This document shows, in pieces, positions 35,369 to 49,093 of a DNA stretch of 64,000 nucleotides. Origin of the DNA: Podarcis vaucheri. Taxonomy: Eukaryota. How positions within the stretch are numbered: position 1 is the first letter of the stretch; each line of letters begins with the position of its first letter. The stretch is from the NCBI GenBank assembly GCA_965113315.1, contig OZ220367.1; one strand, written 5' to 3'. A model generated the notes under the pieces. It was given only the letters and a program-made list of their open reading frames with translations, did no database searches and was not told the origin of the DNA. Made by a program: the position numbers and the translations under genes.

Positions 35369-35807
35369 ATACTTTAAAATACTTTAATACTTTACCTCTA
35401 TTTAAAACTTGCTGCAATTGATTTTGCTGGACTGTGCACCACCTAGATAGGATCAGTGAAGGACTGCTTTAATTAAAACCTTTAAAATTACATACATATT
35501 TATGCTCTGCTGAACCTCACACTCCAGTTTGCTCCCTGAGAAAGCAAGGTGCATTATTCTGCTACTATCTCAACTGTTCTGGCATTCCACTGGCAAAAAT
35601 TAAAAGGATAATGGTCTCAAGTCATTACAGCAACTTTGCTTTCCCACCCAATCACAAGAGGAGGATGAAGTATTATTTTGCAACAGTGAATAATTCTGAA
35701 CTCTTAGGAGTGTGCGTACACGCACACACCTTCAGATGGCTTTTGGTTTCATAGACGTCAACTGATGTGTTTGAAAGCCACAGGAAAATCTCTTTTAAGA
35801 TTCGAAC

Positions 35808-35921
35808 TATATAAAGAGCAAAAGGAAAAGTAGCTGGCCACAAGGCAAAAAGCAGGTCGCCTGCCAATACTAAACAGGACATTTAACAAACTTCTTCAAT
35901 GCTTTTTGGACTCTAAAACAG
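35808..35921 (+). promoter_or_regulatory. Candidate GPR171 TATA box and non-coding first exon
   Basis: TATATAAA at 35808-35815 and donor CAG|GTATGT at 35921; no transcript evidence. Confidence 0.45.
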
Positions 35922-38006
35922 GTATGTACCTTTTAAAATACTTTACCCAGTCATTATTATTATTGACGCAAATACAAAACGCAGGCTATGTAAACTGCTG
36001 GTGTTTGCAATTAGGGACAAACTCAGTATAGATACTCCATGCTGAAACTTCATAGTCACAAAAACTGCAACGACTTTTTCTGTTGAAGGAGTTGACAGAA
36101 TCAAGCATTCGCTATCTCAGGACCACAGTGCAATTTCCTTTGTAACTGATTCAAAGTGACTGTCATTTCTCAGAAGGAAGATTATGATATTTAAACTCAG
36201 TGGAAGAACACCTCTGTTTTATATGCAGATGGTCCCTGGTTCAAACCTCGCCCTCTCCAGGAATGGCTGGGATAGAACTCGTTCTTAAACCCTTGAGATC
36301 TGCTGCTATAGACTACGCTAAGCTAGGAGGACCAGTGATTTGACTCTGTATAAGGCAGCTTTCTGCATTCCTATGCGTTTCATCCCTTCATAGCGGTTGC
36401 TCCCAAACTCTCTCAGATCTTTCTAGCACTGTGTTCTGGTTAAATTCTTTAGACTCCCAAGATTTAAAAGGAATCATCTGTGTAAGCTACTAATAAAATG
36501 GACGTAGGATATACCAAAGTTGACCAATGGCATACTTCCACATGGTGTTGATAGTATGCAGAGACCCAGACCTGCTTAGCTTCAGCAATGTGCCTTCAGA
36601 CCCTGGGAAAATAACTGACTTTCCACACTTATCAACCCTCAGGCACCACACATCCCTTGCCGACTGGGAACTTGGCTGATTAGCAGTCTGATCCACATGG
36701 TCAGTTAACTGCACACATTACAGGCGTATTTTAACACTTGCCACACCACTGTCATAACACACGACACCAGCCTAAGAGCGCAATGCTGAATTGTACTCAA
36801 CCTGACCAGGCCCCCTTGCTGACTATTAGTAAATAGCTGCTGGCATGCACCTAATGACCTGAAGAGAAGCCCACCAGATTTCAACATTTCAGGCATTCTG
36901 TAAGCAAACAAAAGCCACCTTACTCCAACAAGCCCTTGGTTACTTTGATTTGGCTAATAACAGATTTTGTTTTAGTAGTGCTACAGTTACTTGCTGCTAC
37001 TGCTATTGATTAGCTTGATTCTGAGGTTTTAATTCTGCTACTGATGTCTGTTTGATTTCTGCCTAGTTTAAGTTGTTAGCTACCTTGTGCTCCTGTGGTC
37101 GGAGGAAAGGCAGGATATAAAAACAAGATGTGAAATAGTTAGCTGGCTATAGATGTCTCGTGAGTTGTGAAAAATGAGGTAGCAATGGGCTGTGGTCAGA
37201 AAGCCCTTGAAAAAATACATCCCCATAGCTAATACACACTTGAATAAGCAAACCATCTGCAAATCTTTAGCTTACAGAGTTCTAGGAGAAGTGAAACCCA
37301 TTGAAAGGTGCAGATACATCTAGAAGTAGCCTTGCCAAGTTGATTAGAGTAGATGCTACTTTAGAGTAATCAAGTCATTACAAAGGTTTGGATAAATGGA
37401 CAATTTTGTTGTCTGTAGAGAGGTACATACAAACTGGGCCCTCATCCTCATTTATTTTTATTTATAAAATTATTTATATACCACTACCTCATTAAAAAAA
37501 TAAAATCAGTTCAGAACAATAGATAAAACCATAAAATTAAAACAAAACAAAACAAAAGATAATAGAAATCAGAAAACTATTGGGGAAAGATAATTTCCTG
37601 ACAGAGTGAACAGTTTTCAAAAGTCATTTAAAAGCTGACTTACTGCCACAGAGTTGTCCGACGCTTGGCTAAATGAGGATGTTTGTAATTTGATTTCCAT
37701 TTATAACTTTTATAACCAACAAGAGTGTATTATACAAACCTCCAACGCCTCACGCCTCACTATCACTTGCCTCCTCTCTGATGGATTCTCCATTTGCCTG
37801 GCTTTGACGTGTTTCAGACTATCCCTTGCCCAACCAACTGATTTTATTTCATTCTGATGTAAATTCTGACCCATTGCTACAAATTTACTCATAAGGTGAG
37901 TTGAGTTTGGCATTTGTGCTCCAGGCAATCCAAATTGTGCTGGGAGCTTCTGAGCAGGTTGGCCACACTAGTCCCCTGCTGTGCAGTCACACTACCTTCT
38001 GCATTA

Positions 38007-38243
38007 CAGCGGTACCTCAGTTTACGAACTTAATCCATTCTGGAAGTCCATTCTTAAACCAAAACCATTCTTAAACCGAGGTGCACTTTCCCTAATGAGG
38101 CCTCCCGCCACCGGTGCCCTTCCACCGGCTTCCCTTTGTAGACTGAGGTGAAGTTCGCTAACCGGAACATTACTTCCGCTTTTGCGGAGTTCGTATACAG
38201 AATAATTCGTAAACAGGGCTGTTCTTAAACCGAGGTACCACTG
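38007..38243. mobile_element. Tigger-like MITE
   Basis: TIR CAG(C/T)GGTACCTC with TA TSD. Confidence 0.85.
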
Positions 38244-39041
38244 TAGTTTTATTGGCTAGTTATATAAACTAGGTTCCAGTGCTAACTATCTCTGAAAATG
38301 ATGGCATACCTGTGGTATATTTGTGCACTTCAAAAAACTGCACAAAAAAATCACTTCCATTTACTGCCAAAGCTCTTGAAAAAAATGTAAATTGACACAC
38401 ACACATTTTATTTTTGTAAAACTGCCAACATTAACGATTCCAGCGTTTAACCTACAGTTCTGTTTGTACACCAACAGCTCCACAACAACTGGAGAGGGCA
38501 AACATCTATGAGGTGCATCAAATGGAAGCTGAAGGTTCACTGTTCTTCATCTGGAAATCATTACTGCATTTCATTTCTTAGAAATGTTAAAAATAGCCAC
38601 TTCCTCTTCAGTGTGCATGGCTCTAGCAATGATTTCTACCAGTACATCTACAAAACAGATCCTGCTGCAAAAAATCAGACCATCAAACTATGGAAATGTT
38701 CTTGGCAAATATGGTTTTCTTGCATCTCAATTAAAACCTCCTATGCCTAGGGATGTCTGAGAATACCAAATCAAACAAAAAGAGAAGCAGTGTTCACACT
38801 TATTTGTTCCATTTCTGGGATGATTAAGTCTGCAATCAGCCCTGCTACCTGAAAAGGGAATGCTTTGGAGTAAATGCATTTCTCATATGAATGCAGCATC
38901 ACACTGAACAGATTTGTCAAAAAGTTGCTTTAAACATTTTAAAAAAATATATGTGTACCATTGGCTGGGCCCAATGGAAGCTATAGCCCAAAACATCTGG
39001 CAGGCACCAGAATGGGGAAAGTGGCTCCTGAGCTTCTTAAG

Positions 39042-39177
39042 CAGGCATCCCCAAACTCGGCCCTCCAGATGTTTAGGGACTGCAACTCCCACCACCCCTA
39101 GCTAGCAGGACCAGTGGTCTGGGATGATGGGAATTGTAATCCCAAAACATCTGGAGGGCCGAGTTTGGGGGTGCCTG
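39042..39177. mobile_element. hAT-type MITE (same family as 11659)
   Basis: TIR CAGGCA(T/C)CCCCAAACTCGGCCCTCCAGATGTTT; 8-bp TSD TTCTTAAG/TTCTTAAC. Confidence 0.85.
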
Positions 39178-39347
39178 TTCTTAACAACAGTCACAGATTT
39201 GGTTAGGTATTGTGCGACACTATTGCTTACCGAAAGACAGTTTATTTGTTTGTTTATTTCTCTCTCTCTCTCTCTCTCTCTCCCAACTCCAGGTTTTGTC
39301 TCTCAGAAAAGGTGCACATACTTTGCCTCTCCTGTGAATCATTTAAG

Positions 39348-40313
39348 ATGCGCATAACCAATTCCTCAGGTTGCAATGTTTATTCTGCCATGGAGCCATT
39401 TCCTTATTTTTATTACTTGATCTTTCTTATTGGGTTCATCGGGAGCTGCTTTGCCCTGTGGACCTTCCTGAAGGCAGAGCAACATCGCAAATGCATGAGC
39501 GTCTACTTAATTAACCTGCTAACAGCAGACTTTTTGCTAACCCTTGCCTTGCCGGTGAAAATCGCAGTTGATTTAGGAGTTGCTCCCTGGAAACTGAAAA
39601 TATTCCACTGCCAAGTCACAGCTTGCCTCATCTATATCAACATGTACCTATCCATCATATTCTTGGGATTTGTAAGCATGGACCGTTGCCTTCAGTTAAT
39701 ACACAGCTGCAAGATCTATCGCATCCAGGAGCCTGGCTTTGCTAAGATGATATCAGCAGTAGTCTGGGCAATGGTTCTATTTATCATGGTGCCAAACATG
39801 GCAATTCCAATCAAAGAAATCAAAGAAACGGCCAATGTGGGCTGTATTGATTTCAAAACAACGGTGGGAAGAGATTGGCATGTTTTCACTAATTTCATTT
39901 GTTCTGCCATATTTCTCAATTTTTCCGCCATAGTGCTTATTTCTAACTTCCTTGTGATCAGATTACTCTATCGAAACAGATACAATGTGAGCTACGACAA
40001 TGTGAAGAAAGCTCTGGTGAACATACTCTTAGTCACTGCAAGCTACATAATATGCTTTGTTCCTTACCATATTGTCCGGATCCCGTATACTCTGAGTCAA
40101 AGCAAAGCTATAACCACAGACTGCTCTCTCAGGCGAACGCTCTTCAAAGCAAAAGAATCCACCCTGCTACTTGGCGTGTCAAATCTCTGTTTTGACCCAA
40201 TTTTGTATTTTTACCTTTCAAAGACATTTAGACTGAACGTGACAAAGGCTTTCGGGTCGCGTAAAGAAAATAATACTCCCCCAGAAAATGCATTAACAGA
40301 GACAGCACTTTGA
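39348..40313 (+). CDS. GPR171: G protein-coupled receptor 171, 321 aa
   Basis: EPFPYFYYLIFLIG, YLINLLTADFLLTLALPVKI, VAPWKLKIFHCQVTAC, KIYRIQEPGFAKMIS and AKESTLLL. ATG at 39348 follows acceptor CTCCAG (39292); the listed ORF start at 39210 is intronic. Confidence 0.95.
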   Translation: MRITNSSGCNVYSAMEPFPYFYYLIFLIGFIGSCFALWTFLKAEQHRKCMSVYLINLLTADFLLTLALPVKIAVDLGVAPWKLKIFHCQVTACLIYINMYLSIIFLGFVSMDRCLQLIHSCKIYRIQEPGFAKMISAVVWAMVLFIMVPNMAIPIKEIKETANVGCIDFKTTVGRDWHVFTNFICSAIFLNFSAIVLISNFLVIRLLYRNRYNVSYDNVKKALVNILLVTASYIICFVPYHIVRIPYTLSQSKAITTDCSLRRTLFKAKESTLLLGVSNLCFDPILYFYLSKTFRLNVTKAFGSRKENNTPPENALTETAL

Positions 40314-41360
40314 TGTTTCAATGGAGACTGCAGACCATTCCAGACAATTTATTGCACATTAAAAATGCATTGACCCCGCCCCCGCCCCAGCTAGAGCACA
40401 CAATCTCTCCATCTTTTCTTCAGGTAGAGCTTCAGTTGCAAGGGCACTGCATTTTCTGAGAAAGAGAAAGAAGCAATATCCCCACCCCAAGGTACCATAT
40501 TCATTGCTAGTAGCTATTGCTCTGTAGAATTTGGTTGCACAATGTGTCACAAGCAGTTGTCACATTTTGTTTCTGAAGGGTGAAATACAATGAAAGTCAT
40601 ACTCAGATTAGTCATTGATTTCAATAGTCTATGTATGACTTGGCTGGGTATTTCTCAAAGTGCCCCATGGCAAATGATTTAGCTGAGATTCCTGCATTGC
40701 AGAGGGATGAACGAGATGACCCTCAGGATCCCTTCCAACTCAACAATTCTATGAATTCTCCCCCTGCATACCTGTAACTTGACATTCAGATATCTTGAAG
40801 TGGCATGACTGAATACTTTGTGAGCCTTTTTGCTTTCATAACACTGACATTTAGAGTTATGTATATAAGAAGCATGTAATTCATCTAAGGGAGTACACAC
40901 AGCGGGGTTGGTTCAGATGTAACAATAAAAAATGGTGTCACAGGAACAAGCCCCATGCTTACGAATGGTTTATGATTCTATTTTCATGTTAATCTGCTTG
41001 AAGACCATGATATGCTTGACAGACAATGTACAGTTTTCAAAATGTACTTGGATAAAATATTCATATAGGAACCCAAATCCAGGTAAAACTAGTCATGGCT
41101 AAGTCTAACTGGATATAAGGGAATGAGTTGAGTCAACTAATTTAACACTCACCTGTTTCAGTGACACTTTGTATGATGAGTATAACAAAACAACGAGGCA
41201 CGACCTGGCCAAATGAATTGTCATTAGTTTGAAGTAAGCCAGTAAGCAATTTATTTATTTAACAGAATTGGCATCCCACTTAATTGTAAATAAAACCTCT
41301 AAGCAGTTTTGCTTGCATGTGTATAGACTTCCTCTTCAAAGACAGAAAGAAGTTACTTAC

Positions 41361-41543
41361 CAGAGGTATAGGAAAATGTGTTGCATATTGCAAATGGCGA
41401 AGGAGGTTGTAGTTTGATGGGAAAATCAGCTCCCTCAGTTTTTCCCTCTTCATAGACTTTTCACTCATTGTTGAAATTCTTCTGTCTATCATTGATACGG
41501 AAGTCAGATTCTCACAAGACTCCCCAGGCATTGGAGAAAATAT
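41361..41543 (-). CDS. MED12L: MED12L exon (IFSPMPGESC...ATHFPIPL), last exon before the giant GPCR-containing intron
   Basis: AG/GT bounded, 183 nt, phase 0, recognisable MED12L peptide. Confidence 0.93.
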
Positions 41544-42282
41544 CTAAGACATGTAAACAAACATTTAATACTGTAAACAGAAATATCCGTTGAATTTATG
41601 GTATGGCCAAAAAATGCAGCTTCATTTTACCTCAGAATAGGTAACTTATGATGTATGTCTGAGACAGCCAATGTGGCAACTCCCAGATGTTGGTCCACAA
41701 CTATCATCAGTCACAGCCAGCATGGCCAATGGTCAAGGATGATGGGAATTGTAGTCTAATAACATCTGAAGGGCACCACATTGGCTACTGCTGATGCATG
41801 CCAATGAAAACAACATTCAATTGCATTGAAATATACAGTTACTAAAACCATTTTGATTCAGTTTTCAAACAGCAGCTAATAAGAGGGCCAATGTTAGCAC
41901 TCAATATTGTGAGTGAAGAATGGCAAAATGTTTTTGTTTTATTTTTAAAAAAATGGTTTCAGTAAGTATAAATGATATGAGTTAATGTTTCACTGCTCGT
42001 GACATGTTCATGATGGTGGCAGTTTAAACACAGTGGAAGTGGTATCAAGGTTACCACAGTGGAAATAGGTGAGGCATCTTTTGTAAACCTAAGACCATGA
42101 TGCTGTTTAAAAGAAGGAAAGGATGAGTATGGGGGAAAGGGGCGAGATATTTTGAGAATACCAGAAGAAATGCAGAAAATGCTGGTAAGAGTGTGTGTGT
42201 TCCATGTCTCAGATCATGCTGACACACGTAGCAAAGTGAAGAATGGGTTTTTTTAATTGAAAAAATCCGAAGTTAGACCTAC

Positions 42283-42387
42283 TGGAAATTCCGAACCAAA
42301 GTCTGTCTTAAAGTCATTCTTGTCTATGTCATCAAAAATATTAGCAGTTCCCGAGTCAATGTACATATGTTCCATAATACTATGGTC
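42283..42387 (-). CDS. MED12L: MED12L exon (DHSIMEHMYIDSGTANIFDDIDKNDFKTDFGSEFP)
   Basis: AG/GT bounded, 105 nt, phase 0/0, in frame with its neighbours. Confidence 0.85.
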
Positions 42388-43489
42388 CTAATGATCACCG
42401 AAGAGAAAAAGAAACACCAGTCAGAGCATGATGTAAAGCATGGGTGACTGGCCACATAAGATTTAAAAAATCACTCAGTTTTAAAAAGCACAATACAAAA
42501 ATTCTTAGATTAAACAAGACGGAAGACATTTCTGCCCCCAACATATATAACACTCAAAATGGTCTCTTTTTGAAGTCATACTTAAAAAATAATAACAACA
42601 AGCTCGGGGAAACTGCACTCAAGGGCGATAGCCTGAATGTTTTGTTTACAATGAATGAGTAATCTCCTGGGAAATGTCTGCTTTGCTATGGGATCAGATT
42701 AGAGAAAGGCTACAGCTAAACCATCAATACTTCTCTAGAGGGATGCGTATTCCCCAAGAACAGTGCAATTTGTATAAAGGACCACTGTTCACAAGAGATT
42801 GTGCTGCTGCTGAGATGAAACCTTGCAGAAATAAAAGTCTGAAGTCATGATTCTTGCAGATCCAATGGATTGGTTTTGAGGAAAGAACCTAACAACCATT
42901 AAAGTTAAAAATAAAATTTGGGTTCAGACCTTAGAAGGACACCCTTTCCTTCCAATTCCAATCATGGACATATAAAACAATGCAAATGTAACTAATTCTA
43001 TCGGCACCTTTAATATATAAAGAGATCTTGATCCATCAGAGCCCAATAGGTGCAAAATATCATATTTCATTTATGCAACAGGCATTTCGTCATCATGGCA
43101 GCTCTGTATTTAGCCATGAACTACCTTTAAGTATAATGTGTCAAAGCTATTATCTCATTCATCTGCATAATATTTTTATTTTATTTAATAAATATTTCTA
43201 AACCACTGAGGGTTATATTGCCTTCCTCTCCTCTCCCCTCGTGCCCCCAAATTCTGCTCTAGAGAGTCCCCCAACTCTCCAGAGCAGATTTTGAGGTTGT
43301 GCAGGGAGAGGAGAGGGAGGTTTCATTGTGCAAGCAAAACTTTGATGTGCAAACAGAATGGCATCAACGAACAGAACCCTTCGTGTTTAAAAAATGTCTA
43401 CGTACCATGGAAACAACACCAATCAACATTAAAAACAGTAAAATAATATCACAGAAGCAAACCCAGAAAATCAGTGATACAGGTTCCAA

Positions 43490-43950
43490 TCTTACTGGTT
43501 AGGGAAAGCCTGCACATTTTCATAAAGACATCTGAAGCAAATAATTGATGGTGCTTCCCATCATAAGGCAGAGGTGAGGGCATTCCAGAGTGAAGGGGGA
43601 AAGGAGGAAATTGCCTGTTTTAACATTACCACTATATGATATTCTGTAGAGTGTGCTGGCCTGAGCAAAAATATCCCAGGTGTTCGAAGTGATCTTGCAG
43701 GTCTATACAGGGGCAAGCAGTCCTTCAGGTAACCCAGTCCTGATTCGTTACAGTAGTCCAATCCTGAGGTTACCAGTACATGGAATCATGGTGGCCAAGG
43801 TATCCCTATCCAGAAATGGGTATCGTCGACACACCAACACAAGTTGGCAGTAAGCACCCATCACCAGAGAAGTAACCAGGGCCTCCACTGACAGATGAAT
43901 CTAGGAGAACCCCCAAACTACATGTCTGTTCCTTCAGAGGGAATGAAACT
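43490..43950 (-). mobile_element. Old L2 LINE fragment
   Basis: ORF 43561 (DYCN...GLGYLKDCL...SLWNAL) resembles the L2 ORF2 C-terminus. Confidence 0.6.
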
Positions 43951-44739
43951 TATATAATCTCATCTACTGTCTTCCATTCCAATCCCAAGGCAGTTTAAAA
44001 CTTTGGAAGACACTCCTCTAAACAAAACCAGTAAAAAAGCAAAAGGCAAAAACAATACAACCAGTGTAAATTACAATATAACAATAAATCCAGCAACCTG
44101 AAAAGTTCTCAAGGTCAGGTATCAATGACCCCCAGAGGAAAACTCAGCAAGGTTGGCACCTGCTTTATTTCAAGCAAGAAACTGTTCCATAAACTTAGTA
44201 ACCAGGCATAGCTTCTACCTGGATGGTGCCAAATATATTTTTGCACAGCCAATAGGACCTCATCCTGAGAGCAGGGTACTGTTGAGATCTCGAGGTCTCA
44301 ATATTGCACTGTTGGCATGGAAGCTTCTGCACAGTGCCACTCTCGTCCTACATCATCAGGATAAAACACGTGCACACTCGTGCAAAATCCCAGGTCACAT
44401 GAGAAGACCATAAACTGCTATTCCTTTTCATGCCAACAGAATCCCTCCAGAAACTGGGGAGGAGGAGCAGCAGCAGCGCGGACTGCTCACATTATACTGG
44501 CTAAAAGGGGCTACATTAAAGGTGGGCACTGAGAATCTGATGAACACCACCAATAAAGCTTTCTTGGCAGCATAATTATTATTATTTTTTATATTTTGCA
44601 CAATTATATTGTGCAAAATATATTCACAATTATATATTTTTTATTGCTCTTAGGATAAAGTGGGGTAGGGAGAAAACAGCACCAGGTTGTCATTTTTGAC
44701 CGAGTGAAGCTGAGAAGCAAACTACAATGCACTCCATAC

Positions 44740-44954
44740 CTCCAGTTTCACATCTTGTTCCCTAGAATACTGTTCATCCATATTTTCCCCAGTTGGTGAG
44801 CGAGACATAGAGGCTGCAGTGATGGATAAGTCTCCACGTGATATTAAAGTGCACATGTAAGCATCGTGGGAGAAAACATCATGCCGTATGAATTCACAGA
44901 AAAGCAGCACCAGGTTCACAAATTCCATCTTCTCATGTTCACTGTTTGGGTCAG
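44740..44954 (-). CDS. MED12L: MED12L exon ([42 protein letters not shown]...)
   Basis: AG/GT bounded, 215 nt, phase 1/0. Confidence 0.95.
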
Positions 44955-45056
44955 CTACCAATAGAGAAAAGGTTAGATTTTATTAATTACCATTAGGCTC
45001 AAGCAGCTTTTGTTTGAAAAGAAGAAGAAAAAAGTAAGCCTACCTTAAAATTAAGG

Positions 45057-45409
45057 TAAAGCTAAAGGGACCCCTGACCGTTAGGGTCTAGTCATGACCG
45101 ACTCTGGGGTTGCGGTGCTCATCTCGCTTTATTGGCCGAGGGAGCCGGTGTACAGCTTCCGGGTCATGTGGCCAGCATGACTAAGCCGCTTCTGGCGAAC
45201 CAGAGTAGCACACGGAAACACCGTTTACCTTCCCGCCGGAGCGGTACCTATTTATCTACTTGCACTTTGACGTGCTTTCGAACTGCTAGGTTGGCAGGAC
45301 CAGGGAATGAGCAACAGGAGCTCACCTCATCGCGGGGATTCGAACCGCCAACCTTCTGATTGGCAAGTCCTAGGCTCTGTGGTTTAACCCACAGTGCCAC
45401 CTGCATCCC
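45057..45409 (-). mobile_element. Sauria SINE, full length
   Basis: Reverse copy of the family; flanking repeat TTAAAATTAAGGT. Confidence 0.9.
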
Positions 45410-46935
45410 ACAACGTTAAAATTAAGGTTACACAAATAGCTACTTAAATATTTCAGACACAAAGGGTAGAATTCAACATGGCCCTAAGGAGATAAGTTAC
45501 ATCAGCTTGCTTGTCCAACAGATTGGTATCCCCTCTGCTCCCACAAATTGTTCTTCCATCCCTCCAGAGATTTAGGGGAAGGTCCATTGTGCTAGTAGGA
45601 GACTTCACACAGGCTTCTGCTAGCAGGACAGGTTAGTTAACCCCACTCCTTATAGCTCAATCAGAGGCTTAATCTCAGGATCATCGGTTCCTGTCCCACA
45701 TTGGGCAAAAGATTCCTACATTGCAAGGGGTTGGACCAGATGACCCTCATGGTCCCTTCTGACTCCATGACTATGAATTGCAGCCCAAACCATCCTCATG
45801 TGGTTAATCCAGGCTTCAAAAAGTCAGCCCATATAAGAAGGTCCTACAACACTTCTGAAAAATACTCAGATTGGTGTATTTGTATGCAGCTTAACAAATT
45901 TATTTAACCACATTGAGGCTTTCTGGAAGTTATAAGAATAATGTACCATGAATTGGACAGCTTCAAGACAATATATTTGCACTATTGAACCAATATAGGT
46001 TAAATGACGTGGAGGAAACCCGGTTATTAGAACCCACAGCACCTGAATGCACCAACATTCCCACTCCTTAAACCCTTACAGAGTTTTGCTCTCTTTTTCT
46101 AACTACTACAAACACACACACAAGTGTCAGAAAGCAACATATACAGGTTCAGCATATGGTTAAGCATATCAGAAGGTTATCCTTCAGGTTCCAAAGATAT
46201 CAGAAGCCCGCTCCACAGTAACTCAGAGCAGGGCTTTCAGTGTGGCTGCCCCAGTTCTGAGAACAGCATTCCTGTCACAATATGGCAGGTGCAGACTATC
46301 AGCTCCACCTTTGTGGACACGCAGCAAGGGCACCTATGAGGAGAAACCAGGAACAAATTGCAAAGGGAGGTATAAAAAAAGTCTAAACTACTCTGATAAG
46401 CACTGGAGGACAACTGTGTTTCATCTGGTAATAAACTGATGAGCTGGTGCCTTGAAGCTCAGATCTGACACATTTGCGCTACAATCCTGTGCATATTTAA
46501 TAGGAGCAAATCCCACTATAAACTGTGAGTCTTACTTCTGAATAAGCATGTACAGAATGATAATGTCAGAGTTTTAGTTTATGTTTTCCCTAGTGCCAAA
46601 TGTTAGATTGTATAGTCTAAGTTTAGATTGTAAAGCAACCGGTCCAAGGTAAGGCAGGCAGGACACACACCCCCCCAAAAAAAAGCTCTAAAAGAAAAAG
46701 CTACATTAATTGCCTCAAGGCAAAAACAAAGCTCACAAATACTTCAGTTCCCAAAACACAATGTTTTGGAAAGTTAAAGCCTTCTAGGGAAAAAAAATAA
46801 AAATCTGTAGGTCAGGCAGAAATGAGGGAGGGGAAAAATGATACAGTCACCAATAATAATAGTGAATATCCAGTAGCTGGACAAAAGGTCACAGAGTTTC
46901 ATCCTGCTCTGGAACAGAGAGGATTTGATGCTTAC

Positions 46936-47062
46936 ATAATGAAGGGGCCTGGGTGTCTAAAAACCTAAGGAGGACATTCTGGAAAACGGGAAGGCTGGAT
47001 CCAGCAAGTGATGCCGAAGAAATGGATTCCTTTTCGTCCAAGACTTCTGCCTCACCACATCG
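46936..47062 (-). CDS. MED12L: MED12L exon ([16 protein letters not shown]...FLDTQAPSL)
   Basis: AG/GT bounded, 127 nt, phase 0/1. Confidence 0.95.
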
Positions 47063-47513
47063 CTGCAGAAATAAGACAGGATAAAAGCAATCAGCGTAGA
47101 ACTGCAACGAAACAGCTATGAATGCGAATGCAATTGCACTTGCCCTCCCCTCCCCTATTACTTAGGGGCACACAAGCAAAAAGGGGAGGGGGGAAATAAC
47201 CTGTTGTTCAACCTGTTGGTCTCTGCTTGTGTGCGAGGAAAAACAAACAAATTAATCTAGAGTCATCTGAAATGTGGCCAGATGACACATAAGAATGGAA
47301 TAAAGACTGGCATTCTCAGCATCCTATGTTCCCTCTGCATGAGAGATTAAAGACTTCCAATGCTTGTTACAGGGCCACTATGAACCAAGATGGATAAACT
47401 GCGCTAACCTGGATTATAAGGCTGTAGTTCAAAGTAAAAGCTAGCTCTCACTTAAATATGAACTGTATTTTTCTCTCCCTGCACACAGCTGTCAAACTGC
47501 AAAGACAACTTAC

Positions 47514-47645
47514 TTCCACTTCAATTTCAGCTTGCCTCTTCTCCAATAATTTAGCCACAGCCATTGCCCTGTGCTTGCCAGCTCTTTTGCTGCTCACGGC
47601 CCATTCACAAAGCAACGTTACGACAGCTTCGTCATTAGTTGCAAC
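47514..47645 (-). CDS. MED12L: MED12L exon ([44 protein letters not shown])
   Basis: AG/GT bounded, 132 nt; contains the LCEWAV signature of the Med12 family. Confidence 0.96.
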
Positions 47646-49093
47646 CTGTTAAATAAAAACAAAACGAAAGGTCGGTCTCTTGTTTAAGTAGATTAAAATG
47701 CTGGCTACAAAGACAGGCATACGATGCCGACCAATGGCAACACTAAGTTTCCTGTTCAATTTCCTACCCCTTTTATCCCTAGGATGTAAGTTTGTCTAAA
47801 AGTTCAAAACAGAGTTTCTCTTCTAAGAGGTATGTGTGGCTAGACAGGGAATGAATGCATGGAACAGAAGCATAGTAGATGTGTGTTGAAGAGCATGATG
47901 AGCTAGTTTGAAACTGTTCTCAAAATGCAATTCATGTGCTATATACTAAAACAGGCTTTTGCTATCACTTAGGTTTTAGTCTTATTTACATTTACTACAC
48001 TTCAGTTCAAAAGCTGCTCTTTTCAAAGTAAGGATCCTTTATGAACATAGTGCTTGTGTACATATTTCATTACACATTGTTTTCTTATAACTTTTAATTG
48101 AAGATAATCCTCTTTTTTATGCCACCTTCATTTTGGAGGTGATACACCTCTTTTTATTAAAAAAGAAAGAAAAGATATCCTAAGCAATTCTTATAATTCA
48201 GAAATGTGAATCCTCTAACAGTAAAATCTAACATTCATCTTTAATCATCCAATCAATGGTTTAACCAGTTTCTGTATGTGAACATCAAAAAACAAACTTT
48301 CTGTATCGTTATTACTACTCACTACTGCTATTAATTATAATTTATACATAACACAATCCATGTGCATAGGCACTTCAGCACTTTACAGAATGCAATAGTA
48401 CAGTTCCCTGCCCCAAGGAGCTTACAATCTAAAATTTAACATGGGGAAAACAGAGGAAAAGGAACAGGAAGGAAGGAGACACCAAGTTAAACATGGGGAG
48501 GAATGTGTGATTGTTCCAATTTCACATTCTTAGGCTTAGTTACAACAGAGCAAGGAAACTAGGTGGTAAAGCCAACCATTTCATTTTTTAAAATTTGGTG
48601 TAGAAAACAGATTTGAGGAGAGGTGTTCTGGGACACACTTCCAAGCAAACCAACAAAGGAAAAAGGGTGGAGACGATTGAAAGAGCAGGAGACTTGTGGC
48701 TGGTGGTAGCTGGTAGCTGGTACAGCCTGAGAAACTAAGATTGCAGACATATTTGTGATCGGAATGTAATGACAGAAAGAAGGGGGAGGCAACGCCATTT
48801 AAGGCTTTCCTCTCAGCAATTAGATGCATATTCTTAATATACAGTGTCTGGAAAGGTCCTAAGCACATCCTTTTCTACTAGCAACAGCAAACATAAGCAG
48901 AGCAACGGCCTCCCACATCCTCCTCCTGTTGCAACTTTTTCTTGTTCAAAGCATTTGCTTAGATATACAACAAGATATATAGGAGGTGATTATCTGCTGC
49001 TTCTTTCCATCACACTATTAATAACGGCTTTGCTAGATATCACCAGAAGCTTGCCTAGTCTAGCACACCATCTCCAGTAACGGGAGCCTGGAT

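Noticed and set aside
39210-39347. ORF-track N-terminal extension of GPR171
   Set aside because: Crosses the (CT)n tract and splice acceptor; ATG 39348 matches orthologue length.
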